Positions 34,855 through 46,252 are shown, numbered from the stretch's first letter. The stretch is DNA of 64,000 bases from an uncultured delta proteobacterium (GCA_963735595.1 CAVTLK010000005.1:128001-192000), one strand, 5' to 3'. The notes: generated by a model from the sequence alone, not told the origin. Made by a program: numbers and translations.

Positions 34855-35263
34855 TTATTGGAGACCCACCGTGCCGTCATCCTTTTGCACGAACGCGCGA
34901 CCCCCGACGAAGACAATTCGATACCCGAGGTTCTCGGCAAACGGTCCGAACGTCGCCACGATGTCGTTCTTGAGAGCGGCGTTTTCCTCCTCCGAGGCCT
35001 CGAGCCGCGTTTCGAGGACCCGGTTGACCATCTTCATCTGTTCGAGATACTCGGCCTGGGTCTTGATGAGATCTCCCTGCTTCTCTATGATGACGCGCGT
35101 GACCGTTATACCCCCGTATGCCCCATTCACGAGCTCGTAGTTGTTGCAGGTAAAGAAATAGAGCTCCGCGAAAAAAACCAGGGTTACCAAAGAAAGCACT
35201 GCCCAAACACCCCATTCGGGCAGGCGGACCTTCAGAAAGTTTTGAACCACGTTCTTTTTCATG
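34855..35263 (-). CDS. Hypothetical membrane-anchored coiled-coil protein
   Basis: GGAGG RBS before MKKNVV; one TM helix, heptad-like region, downstream terminator. Confidence 0.6.
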
Positions 35264-35961
35264 ATGACCTCCCTGTCTCTGCCACTTACCCCACTCACAA
35301 ACAACGAGACCATAAAAAGGGATCACCGGCGGGTAAGCCTTTTGTTCTGGTAAATAGCGGTACCCCTTACTTATGGTCATTGACTATCGGTATGCGGGCG
35401 GATCGGGCAATTCCAAGTTCCGGCTATAACCCGTTTTCGCCCGCATTGTCGTCTGATCTCATCACTTGGCGGATCGTATCTCCCTTTATCGGGGAGATTC
35501 TGTGGAGACTAAGGGGAATATTTTTAACCAATTATACACCAGAATTCCCATAGTGAAGATAAAAAGCCTATTTTTATTACTTAAATTTGCCTTTTTTAAT
35601 CTTTTTTCCCTTCGTGAGTGCCTAAACTCCCCAGAATGTATGCTGAATGCCTGTTTGTGTCCATTTGTGATAGTTTTCCACTACAGCCCCGGCAAGGGGC
35701 ATTGCGGCGAAACGTAGAGGAACCCGGACTCCCGCGCATAGCTGGGATGCAGCCTCACGGGAGATCGGTTGTCCCACTACACGGAGACTCGCGCGCGAAG
35801 CCGTTTTGGCCGCAGGTATCGGGGAAAACACCGCGCTTGACTATAGGGACTACCACGTGCTAAAATTACCACATATATTTTAGATACTTGGGAGGCACGT
35901 AGCGAGAAGATCGAATCTGTGACTGCACTCCTTCACGAGAATTTCCTAACCCCCTGCCTCT

Positions 35962-38900
35962 ATGGAAGAGGGTACGGTTATGCGCACCGAGAATAAGCGA
36001 ATCCTCTCCCGTTTGATGATCGTCTTTATGACGGCGATTCCGGCCTTTCTGCTCTGCGGCGTCCCGCCGGATAAAGCTCAGGGAACCCAACTCCGAGATA
36101 CGAATCTCATTAGCATTCTCCCAATTGACCGAAGCGCGCCGGACGCGTATCTTTTACGTCTCGACTCGGGTACCGGGAATGCCGAAACAGCGGGAGAAGA
36201 TGGTTGGGGCGATGCCGCGGAGGGCCGGGGCGACGATTCTTCCGTCCGTACGGTGCGCGTCGGTTTATACCAGAACCCTCCCAAGGTTTTTATAGACGAG
36301 AATGGTAACCCCTCAGGTATCTTCATTGATCTTCTTGACAAGATTGCCAGGCAGGAGAAGTGGAACCTGGAATACGTTCCGTGCGAATGGTCCGAGTGTC
36401 TTGAATTGCTCGAAGAGCACCGGATAGATCTGATGCCCGACGTTGCCTATTCACGGGAGCGAGACGAAACATATGATTTCAATAAAACGCCGGTCGTAGA
36501 CAGCTGGTCCCAGGTGTATGCCAACTCATCGATTCGAGTATCAACACTGTCGGACCTGAACGGACGGCGGGTCGCCGTGCTTAGAGGCGGGATTCAAGAG
36601 AGACTCTTCGAAGAGATGATGAACGGGTTCGGCTTCGAGGTGACAACCATCCAGGCCGAGACATACGAGGAAGCGTTCAGACTGGCCAGTCACGGCTACG
36701 TTGACGCGGCGGTCTCCAACCATCTTATTGGAGATTATCTATTCCGAAGCTATGGACTGACCAAGACCCCTATCGTTTTTAACCCGACGTCACTATACTT
36801 CGCGACCGCCCAGGGGCGTAACCATGGGCTGCTTGACGCGATCGACCGCCATTTGGGCACCTGGCGAAGCGAACCCGATTCCTTCTATTATAAGACACTG
36901 GCCCGCTGGATGGAAAAGCCACCCGAGCAGGTTGTGCCGCGCTACCTGATCTGGGTTATCGTCATCACCGGGGGATGCCTCCTTCTGTCGTTCGGGATTA
37001 TCCAGCTTCTTCGCGCTCAGGTCAGGGTGAAGACGAGGTACCTCGTTACGGCGAACGAATCGCTTCGCGAAAGCGAGGAAAAATACCGTTTGCTCGTGGA
37101 AAACCTCAACGATGTTATTTTCTGCCTCGATGCGAAGGGGAATATCATCTATTTGAGCCCCGTCGCCGAGCGCCTGTTCGTCTACCGACCCAAAGAAATC
37201 ATCGGGAAACCCTTTTCCGAATTCGTTCATGCCGATGACCTTCCGGGCCTTATAAAGAGCCGCGAAGGAACGTTAGGCGGTACGCTGGAGCCGTACGAAT
37301 ACAGATTGGTAGACAAGAACGGCGAAATTCACTATGTCAGGACCTCGAGCCGCCCCGTTAAGAAAGACGGCCGGTCTGTCGGAATAACCGGCGTATTGAC
37401 CGACATCACCCGGGAAAGACTTGCCGAGGAGGAGCTACGGGAAAGCGAAGTTAGCCTATTAATGGCGCAGCGGATTGCCCACGTAGGGAGCTGGGACTGG
37501 GATTTGGAGACAGGCCGGCTCGTGTGGTCCACGGAGACCTATCATATCTTCAACCGTGATCCCGGTGATTATACTCCGAGCGTCGAAGATGCCCTGACTT
37601 CCATTCACCCGGACGACCGAAAAGGCCTCGAAAAGATGGTCCGCGCTTGCATCGAGCATAACAAACCATACGAATACGAATACCGCATTGTCAATCCGGA
37701 CGGTTCGGTCAAACACATTCACGCACTCGGCGAGATGATCCATGATCAGAAAGGAAGGCCGGTGCGCATCCGGGGAACCGTCCAGGACGTCACGGAGCAC
37801 AAGCGGGTGGAGAGCGCGCTCAGAGAAAGCGAGGAAAAGCATCGAACGATTCTCCAGACCATCGAGGACGGTTATTTTGAGGTCGATCTCAAGGGGAGCT
37901 TCACGTCCTTCAACGAGTCTCTGAAAAATATGATTGGCTATGACCACGGAGAGTTGTTGGGGCTCAACTACCGACAGTATATGGCCAAAGAGGTCTCCGA
38001 CAAGGTCTTCCTAATATTTAATAAAGTCTTCGAGACGGGTATCCCCGCCAAGGCGCTGGACTGGAGGGTTACCAGAAAAGACGGGACGATGATAGATATA
38101 GAGACCTCGTTATCCCTCAAGCGGGACAACTCGGGCGCGCCAGTCGGCTTTTTCGGCATCGCCCGTGACCTCACCGAGAAGAAGAAGATGGAGCTGCAGC
38201 TCCTGCAGACGGAAAAGCTCTCCGCCGTAGGGACGATGATCTCCGGTGTGGCCCACGAGCTCAACAACCCGCTTACCGCAATTATCGGCAATGCCCAGCT
38301 GCTTGCACGGCAGGGCGTGCCCGAGGATGTTAAAAGCAAGCTGGACGTTATCTTACAGGAATCGATACGATCCTCAAAAATCGTCGGCGGCCTGCTGGCG
38401 TTCGCCCGTGAGCATAAGCCTGAACGAAGCATGGTCAATCTCAATACTACTATCCTGGAGTCCGTAAAGCTCAAGGAATACGACCTGAAAGTAAACAATA
38501 TCGACATGAAGCTCTCTCTTGCCGATAACCTCCCCGAAACATCCGCCGATCCGTACCAGATACAGCAGGTCTTCATCAACCTTATCAATAACGCCCGGGA
38601 CGCCCTGGTTACCAACCAGGGCGGAGGCGCGCTGTCCATCCGAACATATGATGCGGACAGCAATATCATAATAGAGTTCGAGGATACCGGACCGGGTATT
38701 CCCGATGAGATCATCAATAGGATCTTCGAGCCATTCTTTACCACAAAGGAAACGGGAAAGGGGACGGGCCTTGGTCTCAGCATGGCCTATGGTATTATCA
38801 GGGAACACGGCGGGACTATTTCGGCGGAGAGCAAACCGGGGAAGGGGGCGAGGTTTACTGTTTCGATACCGATCGCGTCGGTAGAAGAGGCAGCGGTGGC

Positions 38901-39300
38901 GGAAAAGGAGTATCCGCTTGGTGAGCAAAGACCTCGGGGTACCACGTCGATTCTTGTCGTAGAAGATGAAGACAATCTGGCCCAGTTCATTTCAGAAGCG
39001 CTATCCGAGGAAGGATATTACGTAACCTGCTGTAGTAACGGCAAGACGGCGATAGAGAACCTGGAGAAGAATAGATACGATCTTATCATCTCGGATATGA
39101 AAATGCCGGGAATGAGCGGAGTGGAACTTTATCAGTATATCCAAAAGCACCACCCTGAGATGACACAGAAGGTGCTTTTTATGACCGGCGATGTGTTAGG
39201 CAAAGATACGCAGAATTTCCTCAAGATCGCCGGGCACAACTATATCGAAAAGCCCTTCGAGATTGTCAAATTGCTTCAGATCATCCACAAAATCGTATAA
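35962..39300 (+). CDS. Hybrid sensor histidine kinase (periplasmic binding domain, TM, 3 PAS, HisKA, HATPase, REC)
   Basis: [10 protein letters not shown] binding-protein domain; PAS/PAC repeats; [26 protein letters not shown]-terminal VVEDE/SDMKMP/EKPF. Confidence 0.92.
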   Translation: MEEGTVMRTENKRILSRLMIVFMTAIPAFLLCGVPPDKAQGTQLRDTNLISILPIDRSAPDAYLLRLDSGTGNAETAGEDGWGDAAEGRGDDSSVRTVRVGLYQNPPKVFIDENGNPSGIFIDLLDKIARQEKWNLEYVPCEWSECLELLEEHRIDLMPDVAYSRERDETYDFNKTPVVDSWSQVYANSSIRVSTLSDLNGRRVAVLRGGIQERLFEEMMNGFGFEVTTIQAETYEEAFRLASHGYVDAAVSNHLIGDYLFRSYGLTKTPIVFNPTSLYFATAQGRNHGLLDAIDRHLGTWRSEPDSFYYKTLARWMEKPPEQVVPRYLIWVIVITGGCLLLSFGIIQLLRAQVRVKTRYLVTANESLRESEEKYRLLVENLNDVIFCLDAKGNIIYLSPVAERLFVYRPKEIIGKPFSEFVHADDLPGLIKSREGTLGGTLEPYEYRLVDKNGEIHYVRTSSRPVKKDGRSVGITGVLTDITRERLAEEELRESEVSLLMAQRIAHVGSWDWDLETGRLVWSTETYHIFNRDPGDYTPSVEDALTSIHPDDRKGLEKMVRACIEHNKPYEYEYRIVNPDGSVKHIHALGEMIHDQKGRPVRIRGTVQDVTEHKRVESALRESEEKHRTILQTIEDGYFEVDLKGSFTSFNESLKNMIGYDHGELLGLNYRQYMAKEVSDKVFLIFNKVFETGIPAKALDWRVTRKDGTMIDIETSLSLKRDNSGAPVGFFGIARDLTEKKKMELQLLQTEKLSAVGTMISGVAHELNNPLTAIIGNAQLLARQGVPEDVKSKLDVILQESIRSSKIVGGLLAFAREHKPERSMVNLNTTILESVKLKEYDLKVNNIDMKLSLADNLPETSADPYQIQQVFINLINNARDALVTNQGGGALSIRTYDADSNIIIEFEDTGPGIPDEIINRIFEPFFTTKETGKGTGLGLSMAYGIIREHGGTISAESKPGKGARFTVSIPIASVEEAAVAEKEYPLGEQRPRGTTSILVVEDEDNLAQFISEALSEEGYYVTCCSNGKTAIENLEKNRYDLIISDMKMPGMSGVELYQYIQKHHPEMTQKVLFMTGDVLGKDTQNFLKIAGHNYIEKPFEIVKLLQIIHKIV

Positions 39301-39569
39301 AGATAATAAACCCGTTGGGAATAAAAAACCGCTCGATTATGCTCGGGACCGTTTTCATGTCAAGGCGCGATCATGGGTAACGGGAGTCAGGGACATCTAT
39401 CGTATGGTCCTAACGGTGCGGACGGCGCCCATGGCCGGGTCGGGGACAGAAAAGAATAGTTGTCTAACCGGCTTATAATCTGGTACAGTAGACGCTCAAT
39501 CCGACGTCGGGGGTACGTGAAATCCCCCGATACTATCCCGTTTCACAGGTTATATGGAGAGGGTAGACA

Positions 39570-40958
39570 ATGAATGATACCACCGGAAAAAAGACCGTGA
39601 CACGAACGCCGCCGAAAGGGACTCATAAGCTCCCCCTGGGGATCAAGCTCTCCTTCGGCATCGGGGATATCGCCAGTAACTTCTTCATCGTTACGACGGG
39701 GATGTATCTCCTCTACTTTCTGATCAAAGTCGTCGGCGTGGACCCCAAGCTTGCCGGCGTTATGCTGTTGATACCGAAGCTCTGGGACGTGATCCTTGAC
39801 CCGATTATGGGGGGGATCTCGGACGTCACCCGTTCCCGGTTCGGCAGGAGGCGTCCCTACCTGCTCTACGGCGCAATCCCCTACGGCCTGATATTTTTCA
39901 TACTCTTCATCGCCCCCGGCTGGCGTACCGAGTTCGCCAACGCGCTGCACGTTGCGATCGTCTTCTTTTTGGGCTGCACCATGTTTGCCGTTATCAATGT
40001 CCCGTACGCGAGCATGGTGCCGGAGATGTCCGACGACTACAATGAGCGGATGTCGATCGTGTCGTACAGGATGTTCTTCGCCTCGGTCGGGGCGCTATTG
40101 GCGGGAGGGCTGGCGATGCCGCTGGTGGAGGCCGGCGGGGGGGGCGCGCCGGGCTTCCGGCTCATGGGGGCGGTCTTCGGCCTTGGCATGGTGATCACGC
40201 TGTTCGTCTGTTTCTTCGGTACCGCCAAGGCGCCAAGCCTGCCGCCGAAAAAGGAGATGCCGCCCATAAAGGAGCAGATCAGGATAGCGGCCCGGAACTT
40301 TCCCTTTGTCATGCTGATGGCCAGCTATTTTTTGCAGGCGCTGGCCATCGGGGTGATGATGGCCGGATTTATCTTCTACGTGGAATACGCGATGCACCTT
40401 CCCAAGACGGCCATGAACATCGCCTTCCCGATATTCCTGGTCACCGGGATACTCTTTATACCGGTGTGGCTGGCGGTGGGAAAACGGCTGGGCAAGATCA
40501 AGTCATACCGCATCGGCCTGGTATTCTTTACCGTCATGATGGCCTCACTCTTCTTCACGAGCCCCTCGCTGTTATGGCTCTTCTATGTCCAGATATTCCT
40601 GGCGGGAATCGGGTTTTCCAGCTTCCAGCTCTTCCCCTTTTCCATGCTCCCGGATACCGTGGAATACGACCAGATGCAGTCCGGCCTGAGGCGGGAGGGG
40701 GTCTTCTCCGGCATGTGGTCGGCGGGACAGAAGATCGCTTACTCCGTGGGCCCGCCGATAGTCGGGTTTGCCCTTTCGCTGTCGGGATTCGTTGCCGAAG
40801 GCGTGCAGCCGGAGAGCGTGAATATCGGCGTCCGTGCGGCCTTCTGCCTATTTCCCGCGGCCATGGTCTTGTTGAGCTTCCTGCCGTTTTCCAAATATAC
40901 CCTCACCGAGCAGGAGTTCGAGAACATAAAGGCGCGCATCGCGGGTAAGACCCGGTAG
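39570..40958 (+). CDS. Glycoside-pentoside-hexuronide (MelB-like) MFS symporter
   Basis: WDVILDPIMGGISD..SRFGRRRPY, PDTVEY..RREG. Confidence 0.88.
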   Translation: MNDTTGKKTVTRTPPKGTHKLPLGIKLSFGIGDIASNFFIVTTGMYLLYFLIKVVGVDPKLAGVMLLIPKLWDVILDPIMGGISDVTRSRFGRRRPYLLYGAIPYGLIFFILFIAPGWRTEFANALHVAIVFFLGCTMFAVINVPYASMVPEMSDDYNERMSIVSYRMFFASVGALLAGGLAMPLVEAGGGGAPGFRLMGAVFGLGMVITLFVCFFGTAKAPSLPPKKEMPPIKEQIRIAARNFPFVMLMASYFLQALAIGVMMAGFIFYVEYAMHLPKTAMNIAFPIFLVTGILFIPVWLAVGKRLGKIKSYRIGLVFFTVMMASLFFTSPSLLWLFYVQIFLAGIGFSSFQLFPFSMLPDTVEYDQMQSGLRREGVFSGMWSAGQKIAYSVGPPIVGFALSLSGFVAEGVQPESVNIGVRAAFCLFPAAMVLLSFLPFSKYTLTEQEFENIKARIAGKTR

Positions 40959-40996
40959 GCCGGCGGGAGCCGGCGGGCGTCATCAACAATAACGGA

Positions 40997-41030
40997 AGGG
41001 GAGGCCGGTTACCGGCCTCCCCTCTTTTTT
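40997..41030 (+). terminator. Intrinsic terminator
   Basis: AGGGGAGGCCGGT/ACCGGCCTCCCCT stem followed by T6. Confidence 0.8.
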
Positions 41031-41081
41031 AGTCGACGAACATGGCCCCCGGCCGCAAACGTACGTCGTCCCCGGGTTGGA

Positions 41082-42200
41082 CTATGGCTTTTCCCGCTTG
41101 CGGTAATAGAACGAGACGAGCCGGTCCACGATGAGGCCCGCCGCAAACCCGACGGCCATGTTCGTAAAGACGGCCAGGACCACGGTGGCCGAGAGCGGGA
41201 TGATGTCGCGGCCCCACGTAATATCGCGGGCGAACTTGACCAGCTCCAGCCCCACCAGGAACATCATGGCCCCGATGATGGCCGTTGGGAAGCGGGAAAA
41301 CAGGTGCACGAGCCAGGCGGCCGCAAAGACGCCCAGGGTGATCTCGATGACCCCCTCGATGATGTTCGTTCCCCCGGTCCGCGCCCCAAAGTAGTACTGG
41401 CCCGCCAGGCCCCCACAGCCGTGGCACAGCGGCATCCCGCCGAAAAAGGGAAACACGAGGTTCATGACACCCATGTTGGTCGCGAGCTTCCTCTCGGAGA
41501 CGGGCCGGTCCGGGAAATACCGGGAAATCAGGGCGGCCGTGGCGATGACGGCGTTGGTGGCGGTCAGCGGGATCTGGGCAAGCCCGCCCGAAACGAACGT
41601 TGTGAGGAGATCGTGCGCTGAAAAGAACGTCAAAGACGGCAGGGTCACGCCTAACGCGCCGAGCCCCGTGAGGTCTCCCTTAAAATACATGACGGCAAGG
41701 CCCATCAGCATTAGCACGATAGCCGCGGGGGCCCAGCGGCTGTTGCGGAGCAGGATAATAATGAGGATCGAGACAATGCCGAGCAGCCATCCCCCCTGCA
41801 TCATGGTGATCGCCGGGACGGCCAGGAGCACCCCGAGGGCGATCTGTATCCCCCGGACGACGGAAAGCGGTGTGTTCTTCGCAATAAAGCCGATGACGTT
41901 GGTCAGGCCGAGGAAGAGCCAGACGACCCCCATCGCGAAACCGGAGGCATAGACCATCGAGGGCGTCCATTTCTCGGCGATTGCCATGACCGCCAGCACC
42001 TTCATCGGCTCTATGGGCATCGGGATTCGATAGACAATCCCCGTCACGATATTGGCAATCCCCATCATGACCAACAGCCCGCAGGGGTCCAGCCCGCAGA
42101 CGGCGATATAGCCAACGGCCAGCGGGAACAGGGTCCCAAAGTCGCCCATCGATCCGGCCAGCTCCCGGAGGCTGAACTCGAACGATTTGATCTTTACCAT
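41082..42200 (-). CDS. MOT1-family putative molybdate/sulfate transporter
   Basis: ELAGSMGDFGTLFP, PMPIEPMK, GGMPLCHGCGGLAGQYYFGARTG. Confidence 0.85.
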   Translation of the reverse strand: MVKIKSFEFSLRELAGSMGDFGTLFPLAVGYIAVCGLDPCGLLVMMGIANIVTGIVYRIPMPIEPMKVLAVMAIAEKWTPSMVYASGFAMGVVWLFLGLTNVIGFIAKNTPLSVVRGIQIALGVLLAVPAITMMQGGWLLGIVSILIIILLRNSRWAPAAIVLMLMGLAVMYFKGDLTGLGALGVTLPSLTFFSAHDLLTTFVSGGLAQIPLTATNAVIATAALISRYFPDRPVSERKLATNMGVMNLVFPFFGGMPLCHGCGGLAGQYYFGARTGGTNIIEGVIEITLGVFAAAWLVHLFSRFPTAIIGAMMFLVGLELVKFARDITWGRDIIPLSATVVLAVFTNMAVGFAAGLIVDRLVSFYYRKREKP

Positions 42201-42318
42201 AGGAATTACGCTTTCGGATCGGATATGAAAATAGTCGCTTCTTTTTGCACCCTATCTGTTTTCTTTGTATCTAAACCGTTGTATAATGAAAACTAATAAC
42301 AACATAGAAGGTCTAGCC

Positions 42319-42529
42319 ATGAAAATCAGCGCACGCAACGTACTTAAAGGGAAAGGTCAAGAAGATCGTGCCCGGCGCGGTCAATTCCGAGGTCACCGTA
42401 GAGCTTGCCGGCGGGACGACCGTCGTATCGGTCATCACCAAGGCCTCGGTCGACTCACTCAAGCTCGCCGAGGGTAAAGACGTCTACGCCGTCGTTAAGG
42501 CGTCCAATGTCATGATCGCTATCGATTAG
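42319..42529 (+). CDS. mop: Molybdenum-pterin-binding protein Mop/TOBE (one-base frameshift near 42352)
   Basis: Reconstructed MKISARNVLKGKVKKIVPGAVNSEVTVELAGGTTVVSVITKASVDSLKLAEGKDVYAVVKASNVMIAID*. Confidence 0.9.
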
Positions 42530-42592
42530 CTTCAACAACGGGTCTCCGATCGGCATATCGGAGATAAGCTTTTCGGATTACACGATATGGAT

Positions 42593-42627
42593 AAAAAGGA
42601 CTCACCGTTGCCGGTGAGTCCTTTTTT
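42593..42627. terminator. Bidirectional terminator between mop and tupA
   Basis: AAAAAGGACTCACCG/CGGTGAGTCCTTTTTT. Confidence 0.85.
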
Positions 42628-42656
42628 GTTTCGACATCTGCAAAGAATCGTCGCCC

Positions 42657-43484
42657 TTATTTAGGGGCGTTCGGGAAAAAGAGCTGCTTGTCAAATTTCT
42701 TGAATTCGGCAATCAACTTCTGTCCCTTCTCACCGGTCAGCCAGTCCGCGAATATCTTGGCGTCGGCGTACTTGGCGGTCGGGATCTTCTTGGGGTCGAC
42801 AAGGATGACCCCGTACTGGTTGAACAGGATCTTGTCTCCCTGGACCATGATGGGCAGGTCGATCTTCTTACCGAGGGTAAAATCGAAATAAGTGGAATCG
42901 TCGGTGAGGATGTAGGCATCCTTCTCGTTGGCCAGCATGAGCGACGGTCCGATCCCCGCGCCCGACTCGAGGTACCAGGCTTGCCCCTGGGGCGTGATGC
43001 CCAGGGCCTTCCAGATTTCGAGCTCTTTCACGTGCGTGCCCGATTTATCTCCCCGGGAGATGAAGAGGGCCTCCTTCTTGGCGATCTTCTTGAACGCGGC
43101 AAGGGCGTCCTTCATCCCCTTGATCTTGGCGGGATCTTTTGCCGGGCCGACCAGGAGAAAGTTGTTATACATGACGTCCTTACGATCCATGCCGTAGCCG
43201 TCCGCGATGAACTTGTCTTCCATTGACCGGGCGTGAACGAGGATAACGTCGGCGTCGCCGTTTTTCGCAATCTCAATGGCCTTGCCGGTGCCGGCATAGA
43301 CGTACCTGACCTCGATTCCGGTGTCGGCCTTAAAGACCGGAAGAAGGTAATCCAGCATGCCGGTATCGACGGTGCTGGTCGTAGTGGCCAGAGTGATGTA
43401 CCGGTCGGCGGCGACCGCCCACCCGAACCCAAACAATACCAGCGCCATGACTGTGGCTAAAAATAAAACTCTTTTTGCTTTCAT
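42657..43484 (-). CDS. tupA: Tungstate ABC transporter substrate-binding protein TupA
   Basis: Signal peptide, LATTTST tungstate motif, GTGKA, SRGDKSGTH, N.YGVI. Confidence 0.9.
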   Translation of the reverse strand: MKAKRVLFLATVMALVLFGFGWAVAADRYITLATTTSTVDTGMLDYLLPVFKADTGIEVRYVYAGTGKAIEIAKNGDADVILVHARSMEDKFIADGYGMDRKDVMYNNFLLVGPAKDPAKIKGMKDALAAFKKIAKKEALFISRGDKSGTHVKELEIWKALGITPQGQAWYLESGAGIGPSLMLANEKDAYILTDDSTYFDFTLGKKIDLPIMVQGDKILFNQYGVILVDPKKIPTAKYADAKIFADWLTGEKGQKLIAEFKKFDKQLFFPNAPK

Positions 43485-43614
43485 GCAATCCTCCTTGCTA
43501 AGAGCAGTGAATATAAAAGCCAGGCGCCGGTGTCGGGTGGGATTGCGTCATGGAATTGCTGGGAAGGCGACCACGCAAAAAACGCGCACGGACGAGTAGG
43601 GATTTCCACTGAAC

Positions 43615-43720
43615 TCTCCTTTCCAAACACGGGGGGCCTGACCGTTTCCAATCAAACCGTATCGTCCTTTCACCGTAGGGAGCCATATAAGGCATCCCCT
43701 TAGGCGAGAAGGGTCGGAGA
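43615..43720 (-). ncRNA. Moco RNA motif riboswitch, P3-less ('Tuco'-type) variant
   Basis: P1 UCUCC/GGAGA; P2 with CCUAAG..UACGG tetraloop receptor; P4 GGUUUGAUUG-GAAA-CGGUCAGGCC; P5 CCG-UGUU-UGG followed by AAAGGAG; upstream of tupA. Confidence 0.85.
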
Positions 43721-43734
43721 ATTTTATAGTGCGT

Positions 43735-43762
43735 ATTATATCGAGCGGAAACGATATGTCAA
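43735..43762 (-). promoter_or_regulatory. Sigma70 promoter for the riboswitch-tupA transcript
   Basis: TTGACA-N16-TATAAT, about 15 nt upstream of the aptamer. Confidence 0.75.
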
Positions 43763-43941
43763 TACTTTTATGTCCGTGGCCTCCAGGCGGGCCCGTGAGG
43801 CGATTTTGTTGAGGCCGCGCGGCGGGTGGGAGGGGGTATATTTTAATGATGACGCCGTTATTTCCTTGACAACATCCCGAAGTAAACGTATGTATTTCTA
43901 TTGAATTTTATCATCTTTTCATCAGGGCGGAAGGGTGCGCG

Positions 43942-45151
43942 ATGGCAATGGATACAAGCTACTTCATAAACCTCGAGGAGAAATACGGCGCCAGGAACTA
44001 TAAGCCGCTGGACGTGGTATTGACGAGGGGGCAGGGGATATGGGTCTGGGACGTGGACGGCAACCGGTACATGGACTGCCTCTCGTCCTATTCGGCGGTC
44101 AACCAGGGCCACTGCCACCCGAAGATCATGGAAACGATGATCCGGCAGGCCCAGCGGCTCACGCTGACCTCCCGGGCGTTCCGCAACGACCAGCTGGGCC
44201 CCTTCTACGAGGAGCTGTGCGCCCTGACCAATTCCCACCTGGTGCTGCCCATGAACAGCGGCGCCGAGGCCGTCGAAACGGCGATCAAAGCGGTGCGCAA
44301 GTGGGGCTACCGGACCAAGGGGATAGACGAGGGCAGTGCCGAGGTAATCGTCTGCGAGAACAACTTCCACGGCAGGACGATTACGATCGTCGGCTTTTCC
44401 ACCGAACAGCAGTATAGGAACGGGTTTTCGCCGTTTACGCCCGGTTTCGTGGTCGTCCCCTACGGGGACGCCGTGGCGCTGGAACGGGCAATCACAAAGA
44501 ACACCGTCGCCTTTCTCGTCGAGCCGATCCAGGGAGAGGCCGGCGTTGTCATCCCCCCCGCGGGATACATGGCCCGCGTCCGTGAAATCTGTACCAGGCA
44601 CAACATCGTCATGATCACCGATGAGATCCAGACCGGGCTGGGGCGGACGGGTAGACTATTGGCCGAAGAGCACGACAACGTAGAGGCCGACGTTACCCTG
44701 ATCGGGAAGGCGCTGTCGGGCGGTTTCTACCCGGTGTCGGCGATACTCTCAAACGCGGACGTGCTGGGGGTCTTCATGCCGGGAGATCACGGAAGCACCT
44801 TCGGGGGCAATCCCCTGGCCTGCGCGGTCGCACGGACGGCGCTCAAGGTCCTCGTCGAGGAAGGGATGGTCGAAAACTCGGCGCGCATGGGCGATTATTT
44901 CCTCGATAACCTCCGCTCGATCAAGAGCCCGGCCGTCAAGGAGATACGGGGCACGGGCCTCTTTATCGGCGTGGAGCTTCACCCGGAGGCGGGAGGGGCC
45001 CGCCGCTTCTGCGAGCGGCTCATGAAGGAAGGGCTCCTGTGCAAGGAGACGCACGACAACGTCATCCGCTTCGCCCCGCCGCTGATCATCACCAAGCAGG
45101 ACATCGACTGGGCGCTGGAGACGGATCGAGCCGGTGCTGACGGCCGGATAA
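43942..45151 (+). CDS. rocD: Ornithine--oxo-acid aminotransferase (one-base insertion near the 3' end)
   Basis: [57 protein letters not shown]; alternate frame ends RIEPVLTAG*. Confidence 0.93.
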
Positions 45152-45304
45152 CGGAAACGGGCCGATACTACATAATCAGATGAACCACGCCGGCCGCCGG
45201 ATACCGCCCCCCACATAGGACGCCCTCCAGAACCCCCGTTTTCGCTTGACGTACCGCGTATACCCGTTTACTATTCTTGACAGTATATTATGCGGGGGTA
45301 GATC

Positions 45305-46240
45305 ATGGAAAAACTCGATATCGTTGGTTTCGGGCTTTCGACGCTTGATGTCGTCATGGTGATGAAGGACATGCCCAACTGGCAGTACGGCGGGTGGGTG
45401 AGCCAGTTCGCGTTCCAGAACGGGGGGATGGCCGCCACCGCAGTCGCGGCCGCGGCGCGGGTCGGCGCCAAAGCCGGTTTCATCGGCGCCATCGGAAACG
45501 ATGAGATCGCCGACCTCAAGCGGATGTACCTCACCAAGTGCGGCGTCGATACGAGCCGGATGATCAAGCGGGACGCCCCGGAGGGCCAGGTGTCGTTCGT
45601 CTACGTCCAGGAGGGGACGGGCGAGCGCGTGTTTGCCCCCAATTCGCGGTTCATCGAAGGCCCGCCCCAGGCCAGCGAGATCGACAAGGACTACCTCACG
45701 TCGGCCAAACTCCTCCACATGGACGCGCTCTACCTGGAGCCGTCGATTGCGGCGGCCCAGATGATGAAGGATGCCGGGAAAGAGGTCGCCGTAGACCTGG
45801 GGACGTCCACCGGCGTGGAGGTCGTCCCGGAGGTGAGGCGGCTCGTGGAGCTGACCGATATCCTGATCACCGGCGAGGGATTTTACCAGGCACTCACGAA
45901 AAAGGCCGATCTCAAGGAGGCGATGCGCGAGACGTTGACGATGGGCCCGCGCCTCGTGGCGGAAACACAGGGGGTAAAAGGCTGCGTTACCATGACGAAA
46001 GACGAAGAGTTCCATACCCCGGCCTTTCCCGTGACGGCCGTCAACACCACTAATGCCGGCGACGTTTTTCACGGGGCGTACTACCTCGGGCTGATCAAGG
46101 GGTGGAAGCTAAAAGACACGGCGGTGTTCGCCTCGGCGGCGTCGGCGCTCCTGTGCACGAAGGTCACGGGCGATAGAATCCCGACCTACGACCAGGTCGT
46201 GGAGTTTCTGAAGACCCAGGGAGTGGAGTTTCGCCCGTAA
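45305..46240 (+). CDS. PfkB-family carbohydrate kinase
   Basis: GGMAATA, IGAIGND, NTTNAGDVFHGA. Confidence 0.88.
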   Translation: MEKLDIVGFGLSTLDVVMVMKDMPNWQYGGWVSQFAFQNGGMAATAVAAAARVGAKAGFIGAIGNDEIADLKRMYLTKCGVDTSRMIKRDAPEGQVSFVYVQEGTGERVFAPNSRFIEGPPQASEIDKDYLTSAKLLHMDALYLEPSIAAAQMMKDAGKEVAVDLGTSTGVEVVPEVRRLVELTDILITGEGFYQALTKKADLKEAMRETLTMGPRLVAETQGVKGCVTMTKDEEFHTPAFPVTAVNTTNAGDVFHGAYYLGLIKGWKLKDTAVFASAASALLCTKVTGDRIPTYDQVVEFLKTQGVEFRP

Positions 46241-46252
46241 CGGGCCGTGGCT

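Noticed and set aside
35620..35850. Possible c-di-GMP or c-di-AMP riboswitch upstream of the hybrid kinase
   Set aside because: Short hairpins are present but the consensus cores are not, and the likely promoter lies downstream of them
39325..39352. Degenerate REP-like motif CCGCTCGATTATGCTCGGGAC
   Set aside because: Single degenerate copy; cannot be supported from this window
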